Assembly (NCBI RefSeq): GCF_056746865.1
Contig: NZ_CM163382.1
Reading direction: 5' to 3' (one strand)
Length of the DNA: 64,000 bases
In this document: positions 49,577 to 63,138 of the stretch, one piece after another
Layout: each line of letters opens with the position of its first letter
How positions within the stretch are numbered: the stretch's first letter is position 1
Position numbers and translations under genes: made by a program
Notes under the pieces: model-generated
The model's database searches: none
What the model saw: the letters and a program-made list of their open reading frames with translations, nothing else
Told to the model about the DNA's origin: nothing

Positions 49577-50749
49577 TTAAGCCGTTTCAAACGTTCCTTT
49601 CACGCAGGCTTTGCCGTCTTTGACCATCAGTTTGCCGCGAGCGTATACCTGCTCAATGCGCAGTTCTGGCGTCATGACCAGCAAGTCAGCATCATTGCCT
49701 GGCAGAATTTCGCCTTTCCCGGTCAGGTTAAGGAAACCGGCTACGCTACTGGTGAGCGGGCGCAGGGCATCGCTGATACTGAAATCATAGTCTTTGACCA
49801 GCACCTGCACGGTTTCCAGCAACGTTTCAAAACCGGCAACACCGATATGGGTTAAATTCCCTTCGTCATCGAAGAACGGCTGGCTACCGTTGCCGTCGGA
49901 GCTGAGGGTGACGCGTGCCAGCGGAATACCCGCCTGAACGGCGCGGGCAATACCTTCGGCAGGGGCGACCGGTTCGTCAATGCTGCTGGTGATATCGATG
50001 GTGCCGCCTTTGCGCGCGAACTCCAGCGCCTGCTCAAACAACGGTACGTTGCGGTTAACGTGGGTCGGCAGCAGCTTGCTGATCGGCACATCGCAGTTTT
50101 CCAGCAGGTCATAAATAGGCTGTAACGCCTTTTTACTGTCGCCCATGTGGAACACGGTGACGCCAGGTTTACCGCCGAGCAAACCGCCAACGCGGGATTC
50201 TGCCGCCATATTGGCCAGGTGATAAACGTCCGGTGCGGCAGAACGGTGATCAGAGATGGCGCATTTCACGCCAATCACACGATCGATAATCGCCACGTCT
50301 TTTTCCACGGAACCCGTAATGGTGCGGGAAGGGACATGATAAGCGCCGGTCAGCATCCAGGCGCTGATGCCTTCTTCATTGAGCGCACGGGTCTTGGCGA
50401 GCAGGGATTCCGGGTGGCGAGAGATAGAGTCGGTGCCCAGCAGACCAACCACTGACGTGACGCCCGCTTCCGTCAGGCGACTTAGCGCCACTTCCGGCGT
50501 GCGCGTCGTGGGACCTGCTTCGCCGCCACCGCCAATCAAATGGACGTGTTGATCAATAAAACCTGGGCAGAGGATCTGCCCACTGAGATCGACAACCGTG
50601 CAGTTCGGTACAATGTCAGAAGGGATATTGCTGGCAACGGCGATAATTTTGCCGTTAGCGACGAGGACATCGCAAATTCCCCGATCTTCCGGCGCATACA
50701 AATGCGCTCCCTGCAGCAGGGTAAAACCGGCTGCGGTATAATCAATCAT
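49577..50749 (-). CDS. iadA: isoaspartyl dipeptidase
   Basis: 390 aa; amidohydrolase-superfamily metal-binding motif (GFIDQHVHLIGGGGE). Confidence 0.9.
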   Translation of the reverse strand: MIDYTAAGFTLLQGAHLYAPEDRGICDVLVANGKIIAVASNIPSDIVPNCTVVDLSGQILCPGFIDQHVHLIGGGGEAGPTTRTPEVALSRLTEAGVTSVVGLLGTDSISRHPESLLAKTRALNEEGISAWMLTGAYHVPSRTITGSVEKDVAIIDRVIGVKCAISDHRSAAPDVYHLANMAAESRVGGLLGGKPGVTVFHMGDSKKALQPIYDLLENCDVPISKLLPTHVNRNVPLFEQALEFARKGGTIDITSSIDEPVAPAEGIARAVQAGIPLARVTLSSDGNGSQPFFDDEGNLTHIGVAGFETLLETVQVLVKDYDFSISDALRPLTSSVAGFLNLTGKGEILPGNDADLLVMTPELRIEQVYARGKLMVKDGKACVKGTFETA

Positions 50750-50761
50750 GGTAACTCCTTG

Positions 50762-51223
50762 TTAAACAATAAGCTGCATAACCCAGATCGACAGCAATGC
50801 GTTAATCACGCAGACCGTAATGATATGCGGGTAATATTTGGCATTCACTTCGGCTGTCCCCAGGCAGCGACCGACATTTTGCACCGGGTTGCCCATTAAA
50901 TACATCGCGGGCAGTAAAACGGTGACATCGTGACCGGTTAATGCGCCAGCGGTTGCCAGACTGGCGGCAACACCGACTGCGCCACCCATACTCATTAATG
51001 CGGCTAAAAGGACGGTTGCCGCTTCACCGGGTAATCCCCACAGCGCCATTACGGGTTCACAGATATGCCCCACCCAGTCGAGCAGGCCGGTAATTTTCAG
51101 CGCCTGAATGATGACAAACGCCATCACCACGTTTGGCAGCAGGTTGGTCGTGGCGATAGTAAAGCCACGGCGCGCGCCATCGATAAACATATCCATGACG
51201 TTTTTGCGGACCTGAGTTGTCAT
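50762..51223 (-). CDS. yjiG: inner-membrane protein YjiG (SpmB-like, nucleoside-recognition-domain family)
   Basis: 153-aa hydrophobic protein; start overlaps the yjiH stop. Confidence 0.85.
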   Translation of the reverse strand: MTTQVRKNVMDMFIDGARRGFTIATTNLLPNVVMAFVIIQALKITGLLDWVGHICEPVMALWGLPGEAATVLLAALMSMGGAVGVAASLATAGALTGHDVTVLLPAMYLMGNPVQNVGRCLGTAEVNAKYYPHIITVCVINALLSIWVMQLIV

Positions 51224-51903
51224 GCTTGCGCTCCTTGCGTTGGGTTGCGACGTTCTTCGAAGTTAAGCCAGACGCGCAAAATGTTGGCTCCGACAAATTT
51301 AAACACCAGGATGACGGCTAAAGGTACGATTACGGACGTGCCCAGAAAGGCAAACACCGCGACGCCGGAAGAGAAGTAGTTGGTGATGATGGCGCTACCG
51401 CTGGTTTGATATGCGGCGAAAATCACTTTATCGCGTTCGGTAATTTCACCTTCCTGCGCCAGCTCTTTGGTCATACCGGCGGCGGCATCGGTGTTTTGCA
51501 GGTTAGCGATCAGCGCCAGCGAGCAGATCCCTGGAATGCCCAACAACGGTTTTAGCACAGGTGTCATTAACTGCTGTGCGGCGCGTAATCCACCAAGACC
51601 ATCGGTAATTGAAATAATCCCCAGAGAGAGAATGACTGACGGTGCCAGCTCCAGCGCAAAGAGAAAGCCATCTTTAGCCCCCGCGCCACCCGCGCCGCGA
51701 AATGAGGTGGTGGCTCCGTTCGCACCAGGCAGTTGCCCAAACGATCCGTTCAGAACGGAAAAATCAAAAACGCGCCACCAGCTGTCTGTTCCGGAAAAAA
51801 CACCGGAAAAAAAGATTATGGTGAGAAAAAAGGCCAGATACCCTTTAATGCCCACTTTTTCTGTCGCCAGCTCCCCGGCTACAGCATCCCCTTGTTGTGT
51901 CAT
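51220..51903 (-). CDS. yjiH: inner-membrane protein YjiH (SpmA-like, nucleoside-recognition-domain family)
   Basis: 227 aa from ATG at 51903 (MTQQGDAVAGELATEK..). Confidence 0.85.
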   Translation of the reverse strand: MTQQGDAVAGELATEKVGIKGYLAFFLTIIFFSGVFSGTDSWWRVFDFSVLNGSFGQLPGANGATTSFRGAGGAGAKDGFLFALELAPSVILSLGIISITDGLGGLRAAQQLMTPVLKPLLGIPGICSLALIANLQNTDAAAGMTKELAQEGEITERDKVIFAAYQTSGSAIITNYFSSGVAVFAFLGTSVIVPLAVILVFKFVGANILRVWLNFEERRNPTQGAQA

Positions 51904-52152
51904 AACAATCCCCATTGTTTTTTTGTGTTTGTGTGTTGCTTGAGCCAGGAAAATTCCTGGAACTGAAAAACCTTATCAGCCATGTGGGTATGGGGAAAAT
52001 GCAAGTATGTTTCTGGCTATGCGTTTTTTGCATAGCGGAAAAATTACGCTGTGTGGAAAAGGCTCTGCGCAGGATTGAGTTGCAGAAAATTCATAAACCA
52101 AGTGACAATGACATCAGTAAATAAAAACAGAAAATCCAGGGACGAAAACGAG

Positions 52153-52707
52153 ATGGCAAAGTACAACGAAAAAGAGCTGGCGGATACGAGCAAGTTTTTA
52201 AGTTTTGTCCTCCGACACAAACCGGAGGCGATTGGTATCGTACTGGACCGTGAAGGATGGGCGGATATCGATAAGCTCATACTTTGTGCCCAAAAAGCGG
52301 GCAAGCGGTTAACCCGTGCATTGCTGGATACTGTGGTTGCCACCAGCGATAAAAAGCGTTTTAGTTATTCCAGTGATGGTAGGTGCATCCGCGCGGTTCA
52401 GGGGCATTCGACTTCGCAGGTCGCTATTTCCTTTGCCGAAAAAACACCGCCACAGTTTCTCTACCACGGTACGGCAAGCCGTTTCCTTGACGAGATAAAA
52501 AAACAGGGGCTGATTGCAGGTGAGCGTCACTACGTACATCTCTCTGCTGATGAAGCAACGGCACGCAAAGTGGGAGCAAGACACGGATCGCCGGTTATTT
52601 TAACCGTCAAAGCACAGGAAATGGCGAAACGAGGCCTCCCTTTCTGGCAAGCGGAAAACGGGGTCTGGCTGACATCAACGGTTGCGGTTGAGTTTCTTGA
52701 GTGGTAA
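52153..52707 (+). CDS. kptA: RNA 2'-phosphotransferase (Tpt1/KptA family)
   Basis: 184 aa from ATG at 52153 ([25 protein letters not shown]..); Tpt1-family signature residues including HGT and an R/H-rich active site. Confidence 0.9.
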   Translation: MAKYNEKELADTSKFLSFVLRHKPEAIGIVLDREGWADIDKLILCAQKAGKRLTRALLDTVVATSDKKRFSYSSDGRCIRAVQGHSTSQVAISFAEKTPPQFLYHGTASRFLDEIKKQGLIAGERHYVHLSADEATARKVGARHGSPVILTVKAQEMAKRGLPFWQAENGVWLTSTVAVEFLEW

Positions 52708-52719
52708 GGGAAACTTCCC

Positions 52720-53898
52720 TCATGAAGTGACCACTTGTAGCTTAAATAATTGCACTGTGCTGATAAGCGCAGCAATAAACAACGCCGCCGCGCCGCAGAG
52801 AGTGGCGCTGGCAAGCGCCGATGTTCCATTGCTGAGCATACTGGTCAGCGCCGGGCCGAGGATTTGCCCAATGCCGTAAATGAGCGTCACAAAGCCTAAA
52901 AGATTGAGATTTCCCGGTACGCTCAGTTGGCGGGCGATAGTCATCACCAGAGATGTCGTGCCCATAAAGGTACCGCCAAAACCAAGACTGCTGATGATAA
53001 GCAAGAGAGGCGAGTCGCTGGCGAGAGTAAGCAGCACACAGATAGCCTGCACCAGCAAATTCGCCGTCAGGCAGGGCAAAGCCCCCCAACGTTTTGCTGC
53101 CCATAGCCAGCCAAAGCAACCAGGCACAATTGATAAGCCGACTAACGTCCAGAGATGGGCGGTTAACAATGGTGAGCCTGCATCTTTCGCCATGAGCGGC
53201 AGGTAAGTCGCGACGATGATATAACCAAATCCCGCCAGGCCGTACAGAATAGCCAGTAACCACCAGCTCATTATCTGTTGCTCCGTTTTTGCCAATGGCA
53301 TTGTTGTGATGGCGTGTTTTTTCGAGGGCATTAAAAGCGTAAGTGCAATCAGCATCATGCCAGAAAGCGCCCCGGCGCCTTGCCATAACGTTTGCGAGGA
53401 GAGGTCAAAATGCAGGCCTGCCAGAACATATTCATTGCCCAGTGCGATGCCAATGCCAACGCCAGAAAACAAAGCTGCCAGCACAAAAGGATGGCGCGTG
53501 TGCTGCATAATCAGCGTCGAACCAAAAATCAGCATACCGGCGCTGGCGACACCCGCCAGGACGCGAATCAATAACACCAGAATAAATGGCGGCAACCATG
53601 CCATTGCGAGGATCAACAACCCGCTCGCCAGGGCAGAAGCCAACAGAAATGGGCGCAGGCGCGATGGCTGGTGAAATGCGCCAAAAGAAAATAGCAGACT
53701 GCCAGCCAGATACCCCGCATAGTTGCCGCTGGCAATCCACGAGAGCTGGCTAAATGAAAACGATCCTTCCGCCATCATGACGGGCAACATAGGCGTATAA
53801 AGGAAGCGGCCTAAACCCATACCTAAGGTCAGAACCAGCATCCCGAAAAGCGCGGTGCTGAAAGAAAAGCGTTCTACGGGATGCGTGGACGAAGGCAT
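52720..53898 (-). CDS. yjiJ: MFS-type transporter YjiJ
   Basis: 392 aa; about 12 predicted transmembrane segments. Confidence 0.85.
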   Translation of the reverse strand: MPSSTHPVERFSFSTALFGMLVLTLGMGLGRFLYTPMLPVMMAEGSFSFSQLSWIASGNYAGYLAGSLLFSFGAFHQPSRLRPFLLASALASGLLILAMAWLPPFILVLLIRVLAGVASAGMLIFGSTLIMQHTRHPFVLAALFSGVGIGIALGNEYVLAGLHFDLSSQTLWQGAGALSGMMLIALTLLMPSKKHAITTMPLAKTEQQIMSWWLLAILYGLAGFGYIIVATYLPLMAKDAGSPLLTAHLWTLVGLSIVPGCFGWLWAAKRWGALPCLTANLLVQAICVLLTLASDSPLLLIISSLGFGGTFMGTTSLVMTIARQLSVPGNLNLLGFVTLIYGIGQILGPALTSMLSNGTSALASATLCGAAALFIAALISTVQLFKLQVVTS

Positions 53899-53965
53899 GT
53901 TTAACCTTGTTTGTCATTTTTGTTGTTAACAAGTTAATAACAAAAAGGTGAAGCATGCCAGCCTG

Positions 53966-55918
<1,953 letters not shown>

Positions 55919-55921
55919 TCC

Positions 55922-57073
55922 TTACAGCATCTCAATAAAGGCCGCGACACGGGTACTGAGCTGCCCGACATCCGAGGTGGAGTAGTCTGTTTCAATAGCG
56001 ATATAAGGAATGTTGTGCTGCTGGCGCACATGACGTTTAATCGCCAGCGATTCCACCGCGTAGGTATGGCACGCCTGCAAAATCACATCAACTACGCCAT
56101 CGACCTGATATTCCTCCACCATCTGGCTGAGCATTTTCAGGCGCTGATCGTTCGGCGAAACACAGGAGCAGCCAATCGCCAGATATTTATCCGCCAGCGC
56201 GTCGTAGACATCGCCCGTTTCTGCCACGCATTGCTCGGTCGCTTTCGCCCCGGTGCAGTTTTCATAACCGACAACCCAGCCGCCATTCTCTTCAATCGCG
56301 CGCACCACTTTTTCTGCTGCGCCGCCAATCGGGCAGCCGGTGATTAAAATGCGCGGACGCGGGTCCAGTCGCTGGCCTTCTTCCCACTGCTGACGAACGC
56401 GGGCGGTCATTGCATCCAGTTCATTGATCAACGCCTCTTTATCGAACCGGAAGGTTGCGCCGTAAACCACTTTCAGAATGTCGCTGCCGCTAAGCGCCGG
56501 AGGATTTAACTGCCCAAGATGATAAAAATTAGCCAGTGCGCGACGTTCGCGGTTTTTCAGCGCAATGGCATCGCGCAGAACATCTTCGCTAATCTCGTGC
56601 CCAAAACGTTCTTCTACCGTTTTTTGCAAGCGCAGCATCTCGGCTTTCCATAACGCACGCGAGGCATCGTCCTTAACGCTGTTGGGCAATTGCATCACAT
56701 GAACAGGCTTAAACTCCGCCATGTATTCATACATTTTCTTTTTGCCGTCGCAGGTGGTTTCACCGACCACCAGATCCGAAAAGTAGAAGTAGGGGCATTT
56801 ATCGGTTTTGCCGAAGCCGTAGCTGCTTTTAATCAGCGGGCAGAGGTTGCGCGGCAGATCTTTCTCCGCTTCTTCAATGGTTTCATCAGAGGTGGAACAG
56901 AGCGAAACCACAACCGCACCGGCTGCCATCGGGATCTCTTGCGGCATAAAGGTGCAGTAAGTGCCAACCAGCGGAATGCCGCGCTCCTTGAGATCCATGA
57001 CGGTGAGAAAGCCTGTCTGGCGAGCTTCAGAGAACTGATCGAAAATGGCGGGTAGATCGGTGACAAGTGACAT
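55922..57073 (-). CDS. yjiM: 2-hydroxyacyl-CoA dehydratase D-component-like protein
   Basis: 383 aa from ATG at 57073 (MSLVTDLPAIFDQF..); HgdB/BcrB-like family. Confidence 0.85.
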   Translation of the reverse strand: MSLVTDLPAIFDQFSEARQTGFLTVMDLKERGIPLVGTYCTFMPQEIPMAAGAVVVSLCSTSDETIEEAEKDLPRNLCPLIKSSYGFGKTDKCPYFYFSDLVVGETTCDGKKKMYEYMAEFKPVHVMQLPNSVKDDASRALWKAEMLRLQKTVEERFGHEISEDVLRDAIALKNRERRALANFYHLGQLNPPALSGSDILKVVYGATFRFDKEALINELDAMTARVRQQWEEGQRLDPRPRILITGCPIGGAAEKVVRAIEENGGWVVGYENCTGAKATEQCVAETGDVYDALADKYLAIGCSCVSPNDQRLKMLSQMVEEYQVDGVVDVILQACHTYAVESLAIKRHVRQQHNIPYIAIETDYSTSDVGQLSTRVAAFIEML

Positions 57074-57188
57074 GATTTTCCTTCCCCGTACCACGGGAGA
57101 TAATGAAAAGAGGCCACATTATTACCATTCTTTTAGTATGGTTTATTTGATCTCTCTCGCGGTTAGCCACTTAGTTTTTCATGGATTT

Positions 57189-58469
57189 CTAAAAATTGCC
57201 GAGGGGGAACAAGGCCGGGAGCTGCGACAGCAAATATAAAATTAGCCCAATACAACCGCCAACCAGCGTACCGTTGACACGAATAAACTGCAGATCTTTG
57301 CCGATATTTAACTCTATTTGCCGCGACATATCCCGCGCATCCCAGCTTTTTACCGTATCGCTGATGTGGCGCGTCAGGAATGCGGAAAACTCAGGCGCGA
57401 CGCGGTGCGCGGCTTGTTCAAGATGACCATTTAACGACGCCCGCAAGGCATCATCGGCAATTAACGTTTCGCCAAACCATTGACCCGCTCGTGCGATGCG
57501 TTCTTTCACACGAGAATCTTCACTGTTGATATCCACTTTCAGCCATTCCCGTAAATCCCCCCACAATTCACTGAGATAGCGATTAAAAGCTTCATCTTCT
57601 TTCAGATAGCTTTTTACGGCATCGGCTCGCGCTGCCATTTCCGGATCGTTTTTCAGCTTGTCGATCAGGGCGAAGGTGGCGCGATCAAACGCATGGCGGA
57701 TCTGATGCGCACGATCGCGACTAATATCATCAAGCAAAGAATTCACCGCGTCAGAAACCAACTCCGCGCTATGTTCGCCCAACCATTCGGTGGGGAGAAT
57801 TTTGGCTTTCAGTGGATGCTCGCTCTCCAGCCAGCGAACAATTTGCTGGGCGATAAACTTGCGCGATTTATCGCGCTGGAGAAGGGCGATCAACTGTGCG
57901 ATCAGCGTATCCAGCAGCACCTGATGACGATCGTTTTTGGTCATACTCTCCAGCATCAACGCACTGGTGCCGGAAAGATCGACCTTATCAATCGCCCGAT
58001 GGACCGCGCGCTTAAGCAGGCGCTGAATACGCGCATCATCGGTAAGTTCGAGAAAACCGCTCATGATCTGCAACAGATGCTGACCAACGCGGCGGGCGTT
58101 TTCTGGCTGGCTAAACCAGTTGCCAATCAGCAACGCCGGTTCGTGGCGTCGAATCAATGCCACCAGGGATTGAGTATCAAGAAATTTTTCCTGCACGAAC
58201 TGGCCGAGATTTTCGCCAATCCGGTCTTTATTACGCGGGATAATCGCCGTATGGCGAGAAATGATCGGAATCGGCACGCGGCGAAACAGCGCCACCACCG
58301 CAAACCAGTCCGCCAGCGCGCCGACCATCGCCGCTTCAGCAATCGCCTTCACGCCGCTCACCCAAAAATTGGGCGGCAAAAACAGCGTAACGACAAAGGT
58401 AGCAGCGGCGATAAGCAGTAAAGAGAGCGCCAACCTTTTGGCGCGTCTGAGTTCGATGAGTTTATTCAT
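57189..58469 (-). CDS. yjiN: DUF445-family inner-membrane protein YjiN
   Basis: 426 aa; N-terminal membrane segments then a long helical domain. Confidence 0.85.
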
Positions 58470-58509
58470 AACGTTAAGAATAGAGCCTGACGGCCGGATC
58501 GCGCAAAAA

Positions 58510-59742
58510 TCACTGCTCCTCCACTAGCTCGGCTGCCTGATGCTGGCGCACGCGATTGAGCAATCCCGCCAGGGTGAAAACGACGATAACGCCCGCCACA
58601 ACGGCTAACAGATGAAACGGCAAGCGACCGCCGTTAAACCATAGCCAGCGGCCGATTTCGACCGAGACCGACATCACCATCAGGATCACCATATTTAGCG
58701 ATGCGGAGACGGTCCCTTTCGGTAACTTATTGGAAAACAGCGTAAAGCGGAATAAGGTCGGGAAAATCAAACCAATCCCGAAAGCATACAGACTGGTGCC
58801 CAGCACCGACCACAGCCAGACGTGCGGCGACAGCAGATTGCCGACAATCAACAGCGAGAGGCCGACCAGTTGAATGGGTACGGCACGCCAGATAAACCGC
58901 GGTTCGGTCGGATCTTTAACAAAACGCGCCACGATGGCATTCGCAACAATCACCGCGCCGAACACCGGAACCTGTGTCCAGGCGAACTGCGAAGTTGTTA
59001 AGCTGCCTGCATCGATAAGGATCACCGGCGAGACAGCCACCCAGCTCATCATCGGGATATAGCTTAAAGAGATGGTTGCTGCGCCAAAGAGGAACAGCCG
59101 ATTGCAAAAGACATTACGAAAATCGCGCAAGACGCTTTTGGCGCTAAACGGAACCGCGCCGCGCTTCACCGTCTCTGGCATCGCCAACAGTAAGCCAACA
59201 AATGAGATAAAACCCATAACCGCAATGATGGCAAAAAGGACTTTCCAGTGCATAAAGTGCATCAGAGCTGCGCCGGAAAGCGGGCCGATAATCGGCGCAA
59301 TCAGTACGATGGAGGTGATAATCGCCATCAACTTGATCCCTTTTGTCTGTCCGAACGCCTCCTGCACCGTGACATAACCAACGGTGGCAATAAAACAGAT
59401 ACTGGTGCCCTGAATTGCACGCGCGATAAGAAACTGTGTCATAGACGTTGTGAACATTGTCGCGGCGCAGGCAAGGGTAAAAATTAGCGCCCCGGTAATC
59501 AGCACCGGCCTGCGGCCAATTCTGTCGGAAAGCGGCCCCAGCAGCCACTGTAACGCCATACCGCCAGCAAGATAGAGACTGACGGCAGCAGGGGCCAGAC
59601 TGACATCGGCATTAAAATCACGTACCACATTAATGATCCCAGGCTGGATCAGATCCGTCGACAGATACGCAGCAAAGTCATACAAAATCAACGCCATCGG
59701 GAAAAACAGCGTGGCGGCATGGCGGGTAAAAAAACGTGGCAT
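58510..59742 (-). CDS. mdtM: MFS multidrug efflux transporter MdtM
   Basis: 410 aa from ATG at 59742 ([20 protein letters not shown]..); MFS DHA1-type motifs ([13 protein letters not shown]). Confidence 0.9.
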
Positions 59743-60220
59743 AACAAACAACTCCTTGTCCGGAGAACCCCAACGGGGAAAACGAAATTCAATACCGTCG
59801 GTAATGACGAAAGGCAGGTGAGAAGGGCAACGAGACTGCAAATGTACTGAATTTCATGTAATCAACCACACTGCCTGTGAACACACAGACAGAGAAATAC
59901 TTTCTGACTTCGGGTCAGAATGTATAACGATTACAAATAGTCATCAGCACATTACACCTCTTGAATTGATGGGTTGCATAGAAAATATACACCTTAAGTG
60001 TAATTAAAATTTGCGGTTAATCAAAAGAGCGCGGTGGAAAGGGGAATATCTGCCGGGTACAGGACATGTAAAACGCGAGCTTGTTTCCGGAAAAATGTAT
60101 CGTTTGCAGAAGAATAAAAATAGCCTGGAAAGCGCCTCGGGGAATGGGAAATTGCCGGGTGAGAATGGTTTTGTTAGTCGCTAAAGTCAGGCCATCTTTT
60201 TCAACAGGTGATGGATCGCC

Positions 60221-61141
60221 ATGACAAACTTCACGACCAGCACGCCGCATGATGCATTATTTAAAACCTTTCTCACGCACCCTGACACTGCGCGGGATTT
60301 TATGGAGATTCATTTACCTAAAGATTTACGTGAACTGTGCGATCTCGATAGCTTAAAACTGGAATCCGCCAGCTTTGTCGATGAAAAATTGCGGGCGCTA
60401 CACTCCGATATTTTATGGTCGGTAAAGACCCGCGAAGGCGATGGCTATATCTATGTGGTGATTGAACATCAGAGCCGCGAGGACATTCATATGGCCTTTC
60501 GCCTGATGCGCTATTCCATGGCGGTGATGCAGCGCCATATAGAGCATGATAAACGCCAGCCGCTACCGTTGGTCATCCCGATGCTATTTTATCACGGTAG
60601 CCGTAGTCCTTACCCCTGGTCCCTGTGCTGGCTGGACGAATTTGCCGACCCGACTACCGCACGGAAGCTTTATAACGCCGCGTTCCCGCTGGTGGATGTT
60701 ACTGTCGTGCCAGACGACGAGATTGTGCAGCATCGCAGAGTCGCCCTGTTGGAGTTGATCCAAAAGCATATTCGCCAGCGCGATCTGATGGGGCTTATCG
60801 ATCAACTGGTAGTATTACTGGTTACAGAGTGTGCTAATGACAGCCAGATAACTGCGCTGTTAAATTACATTTTACTGACTGGCGATGAAGCGCGTTTTAA
60901 TGAGTTTATCAGTGAACTTACCCGTCGAATGCCACAACACAGGGAGCGAATAATGACGATTGCAGAGCGAATTCATAATGATGGATATATAAAAGGGGAG
61001 CAGCGCATTCTTCGATTGTTGTTGCAGAATGGGGCGGATCCTGAATGGATACAAAAGATTACCGGACTTTCGGCAGAGCAAATGCAGGCATTAAGGCAGC
61101 CCTTGCCTGAGCGTGAGCGCTATTCATGGCTCAAGAGTTAA
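60221..61141 (+). CDS. rpnD: Rpn-family (transposase_31 / PD-(D/E)XK) recombination-promoting nuclease-like protein, apparently intact
   Basis: 306-aa uninterrupted ORF; N-terminal PD-(D/E)XK-like region ([12 protein letters not shown]) and YhgA-like C-terminal domain. Confidence 0.8.
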
Positions 61142-61167
61142 TCAGAGACGGATGACAAACGCAAAGC

Positions 61168-61270
61168 AGCCTGATGCGCTATGCTTATCAGGTCTACATA
61201 ACCCATTAAATATATTGAACTTTAAAGATTTTTGTAGACCTGGTCAGGCGTTCACATGGCATCCGGCATG
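61168..61270. repeat. pair of REP palindromic units (BIME-like) between rpnD and yjiR
   Basis: GCCTGATGCGCTATGCTTATCAGGTCTACA and TGTAGACCTGGTCAGGCGTTCACATGGCATCCGGCATG in inverted arrangement. Confidence 0.7.
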
Positions 61271-61384
61271 AACAAAGCGTACTTTGCTTAATTCAGGCTG
61301 GAACGTGGCGATGACCCAGCAAAGATAAAACGAGTCACAGGTTATGCATGAGAGGAAATCAGGCGCTTCGCCGCTATTTCGAAT

Positions 61385-62797
61385 TTATTCCATTGCCCGA
61401 TACACGGCCTCGCCAATTTGCTTCAGTGCTTCGCGATAGGTTTCGCTGAGCGGCAAAGCGCAGTTGATGCGCAGACAATTACGGTATTTGCCGGAAGCTG
61501 AGAAAATCGAGCCTGCCGCCACCTGGATTTTCATGCGGCACAGCTGCCGCGCGACGCAGACCATATCGACCTGTTCAGGCAATTCTATCCACAGTAAAAA
61601 TCCGCCTTTCGGGCGCGTAATACAGATTTCGCAGGGAAAATATTCCCGTATCCAGCAGGTATAAAGCGCCAAATTGCGCTGATAGATCTGCCGCATCCGC
61701 CGGATATGGCGATGATAGTGACCTTCCAGCACAAACGTTGCCGCCGCCATTTGCGTGGACGGCACATTAAAGCTGCTGATGGCGTATTTCATATGCATCA
61801 GTTTATCGTGATAACGCCCCGGTGCGACCCAACCCACGCGCAGGCCTGGTGCAATACTTTTACTGAACGAGCTGCACAACAGCACTCGCCCGTCGATATC
61901 CCAGGAATGAATGGTCCGCGGGCGCGGATACTCCGTCGCCAGTTCGCCATAGACATCATCTTCAAAAATCACAATATCATGACGCTGAGCGAGAGAGAGA
62001 ACGGCCCGTTTGCGCGCGTCCGGCATAATAAATCCCAGCGGATTATTACAGTTTGGCACCAGAATGATGCCTTTAATCGGCCACTGTTCCAGCGCCAGTT
62101 CCAGCGCTTCAACGCTGATGCCAGTTTCTGGATCGGTTGGGATTTCAATCACTTTCACGCCCATGCCGCGCAGCATCTGCATCGAACCGTAATAACAGGG
62201 GGATTCGACCGCGACAATATCGCCCGGTTTACACACTGCCATTAACGCCAGCGACATCGAGTTATGGCAGCCGCTGGTGATGATGATGTCATCGGCGGTG
62301 ACCACCGAGCCGCTGTCGAGCATCAGGCGGGCAATCTGCTCTCGCAATACTCGCTGACCGGCTAACAAGTCATAACCGAGAACGGTTTGCAGATTATGCT
62401 GCACCACCCGGCTTAGCTCCCGCCACAGCGGTTTCAGGCTGGGCGCTTCGACATCCGGTGTGCTTTTGCTTAACGGAACAATGGAACTGTCGCTATGCGC
62501 CTCCAGCATATCCAGCACCTGATCCCACTGGGTAATTTCCACCGGGCGCTGCACCGGACGCGTCATCGGCGGTACTGGCGGCTGGGCTTTACGTTGTGCG
62601 ACAAAATAACCCGAACGCGGCTGCGGAGTGATGAGCTTCATCGTCTCCAGCGTCTGATACGCCTGCTGCACGGTGCTGATACTGACGCCGTGCTCCTGAC
62701 TTAAGCTGCGCACCGACGGCAATTTCTCCCCGTGACGATACAGCCCTTGCTCAATCCGTTCGGCAAGCAGAGTCGCCAGATGTTGATAACGCGTCAT
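61385..62797 (-). CDS. yjiR: MocR-type regulator (GntR HTH fused to PLP-dependent aminotransferase-like domain)
   Basis: 470 aa; N-terminal GntR HTH (LPSVRSLSQEHGVSISTVQQAY) and aminotransferase class I/II-like domain. Confidence 0.9.
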   Translation of the reverse strand: MTRYQHLATLLAERIEQGLYRHGEKLPSVRSLSQEHGVSISTVQQAYQTLETMKLITPQPRSGYFVAQRKAQPPVPPMTRPVQRPVEITQWDQVLDMLEAHSDSSIVPLSKSTPDVEAPSLKPLWRELSRVVQHNLQTVLGYDLLAGQRVLREQIARLMLDSGSVVTADDIIITSGCHNSMSLALMAVCKPGDIVAVESPCYYGSMQMLRGMGVKVIEIPTDPETGISVEALELALEQWPIKGIILVPNCNNPLGFIMPDARKRAVLSLAQRHDIVIFEDDVYGELATEYPRPRTIHSWDIDGRVLLCSSFSKSIAPGLRVGWVAPGRYHDKLMHMKYAISSFNVPSTQMAAATFVLEGHYHRHIRRMRQIYQRNLALYTCWIREYFPCEICITRPKGGFLLWIELPEQVDMVCVARQLCRMKIQVAAGSIFSASGKYRNCLRINCALPLSETYREALKQIGEAVYRAME

Positions 62798-62973
62798 GCT
62801 GTATTCCTTATGTGGACCATACAGAGAGAAAAACCGGTACAGATGAGGCTAAAAAACCGGATGCAGATGCTGTTTTAACCTGTCTGTATGTTAAATAAAA
62901 GTAATATTTGAATCTGTATTGTGAACTGCCAGAAGGTGGATGATGAAGCCTCTGAAAGATGAGGAGGTAGCAG

Positions 62974-63138
62974 ATGGAATTTCACGAAAACAGAGCTAAA
63001 GCGCCGTTTATCGGCTTGGTGCAACTCTGGCAGGCGGTGAGGCGTTGGCGGCGGCAAATGCAGACCCGACGCGTGTTACAGCAGATGAGTGATGAGCGGT
63101 TGAAGGATATCGGGTTACGCAGGGAGGATGTGGAGTGA
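62974..63138 (+). CDS. yjiS: DUF1127 small protein YjiS (54 aa)
   Basis: ATG at 62974 preceded by GAGGAGG; translation MEFHENRAKAPFIGLVQLWQAVRRWRRQMQTRRVLQQMSDERLKDIGLRREDVE; below the 60-aa cutoff of the supplied ORF track. Confidence 0.8.
   Translation: MEFHENRAKAPFIGLVQLWQAVRRWRRQMQTRRVLQQMSDERLKDIGLRREDVE

Noticed and set aside
52742-53386. 214-aa minus-strand ORF overlapping yjiJ in another frame
   Set aside because: Alternative frame of the yjiJ coding region; yjiJ has a clear MFS topology while this frame does not.
57693-58421. 242-aa plus-strand ORF inside yjiN
   Set aside because: Antisense to yjiN; R/Q/H-rich low-complexity translation; no start context.
61706-62245. 179-aa plus-strand ORF antisense to yjiR
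   Set aside because: Embedded in yjiR; no recognisable domain; yjiR is a complete MocR-type regulator.
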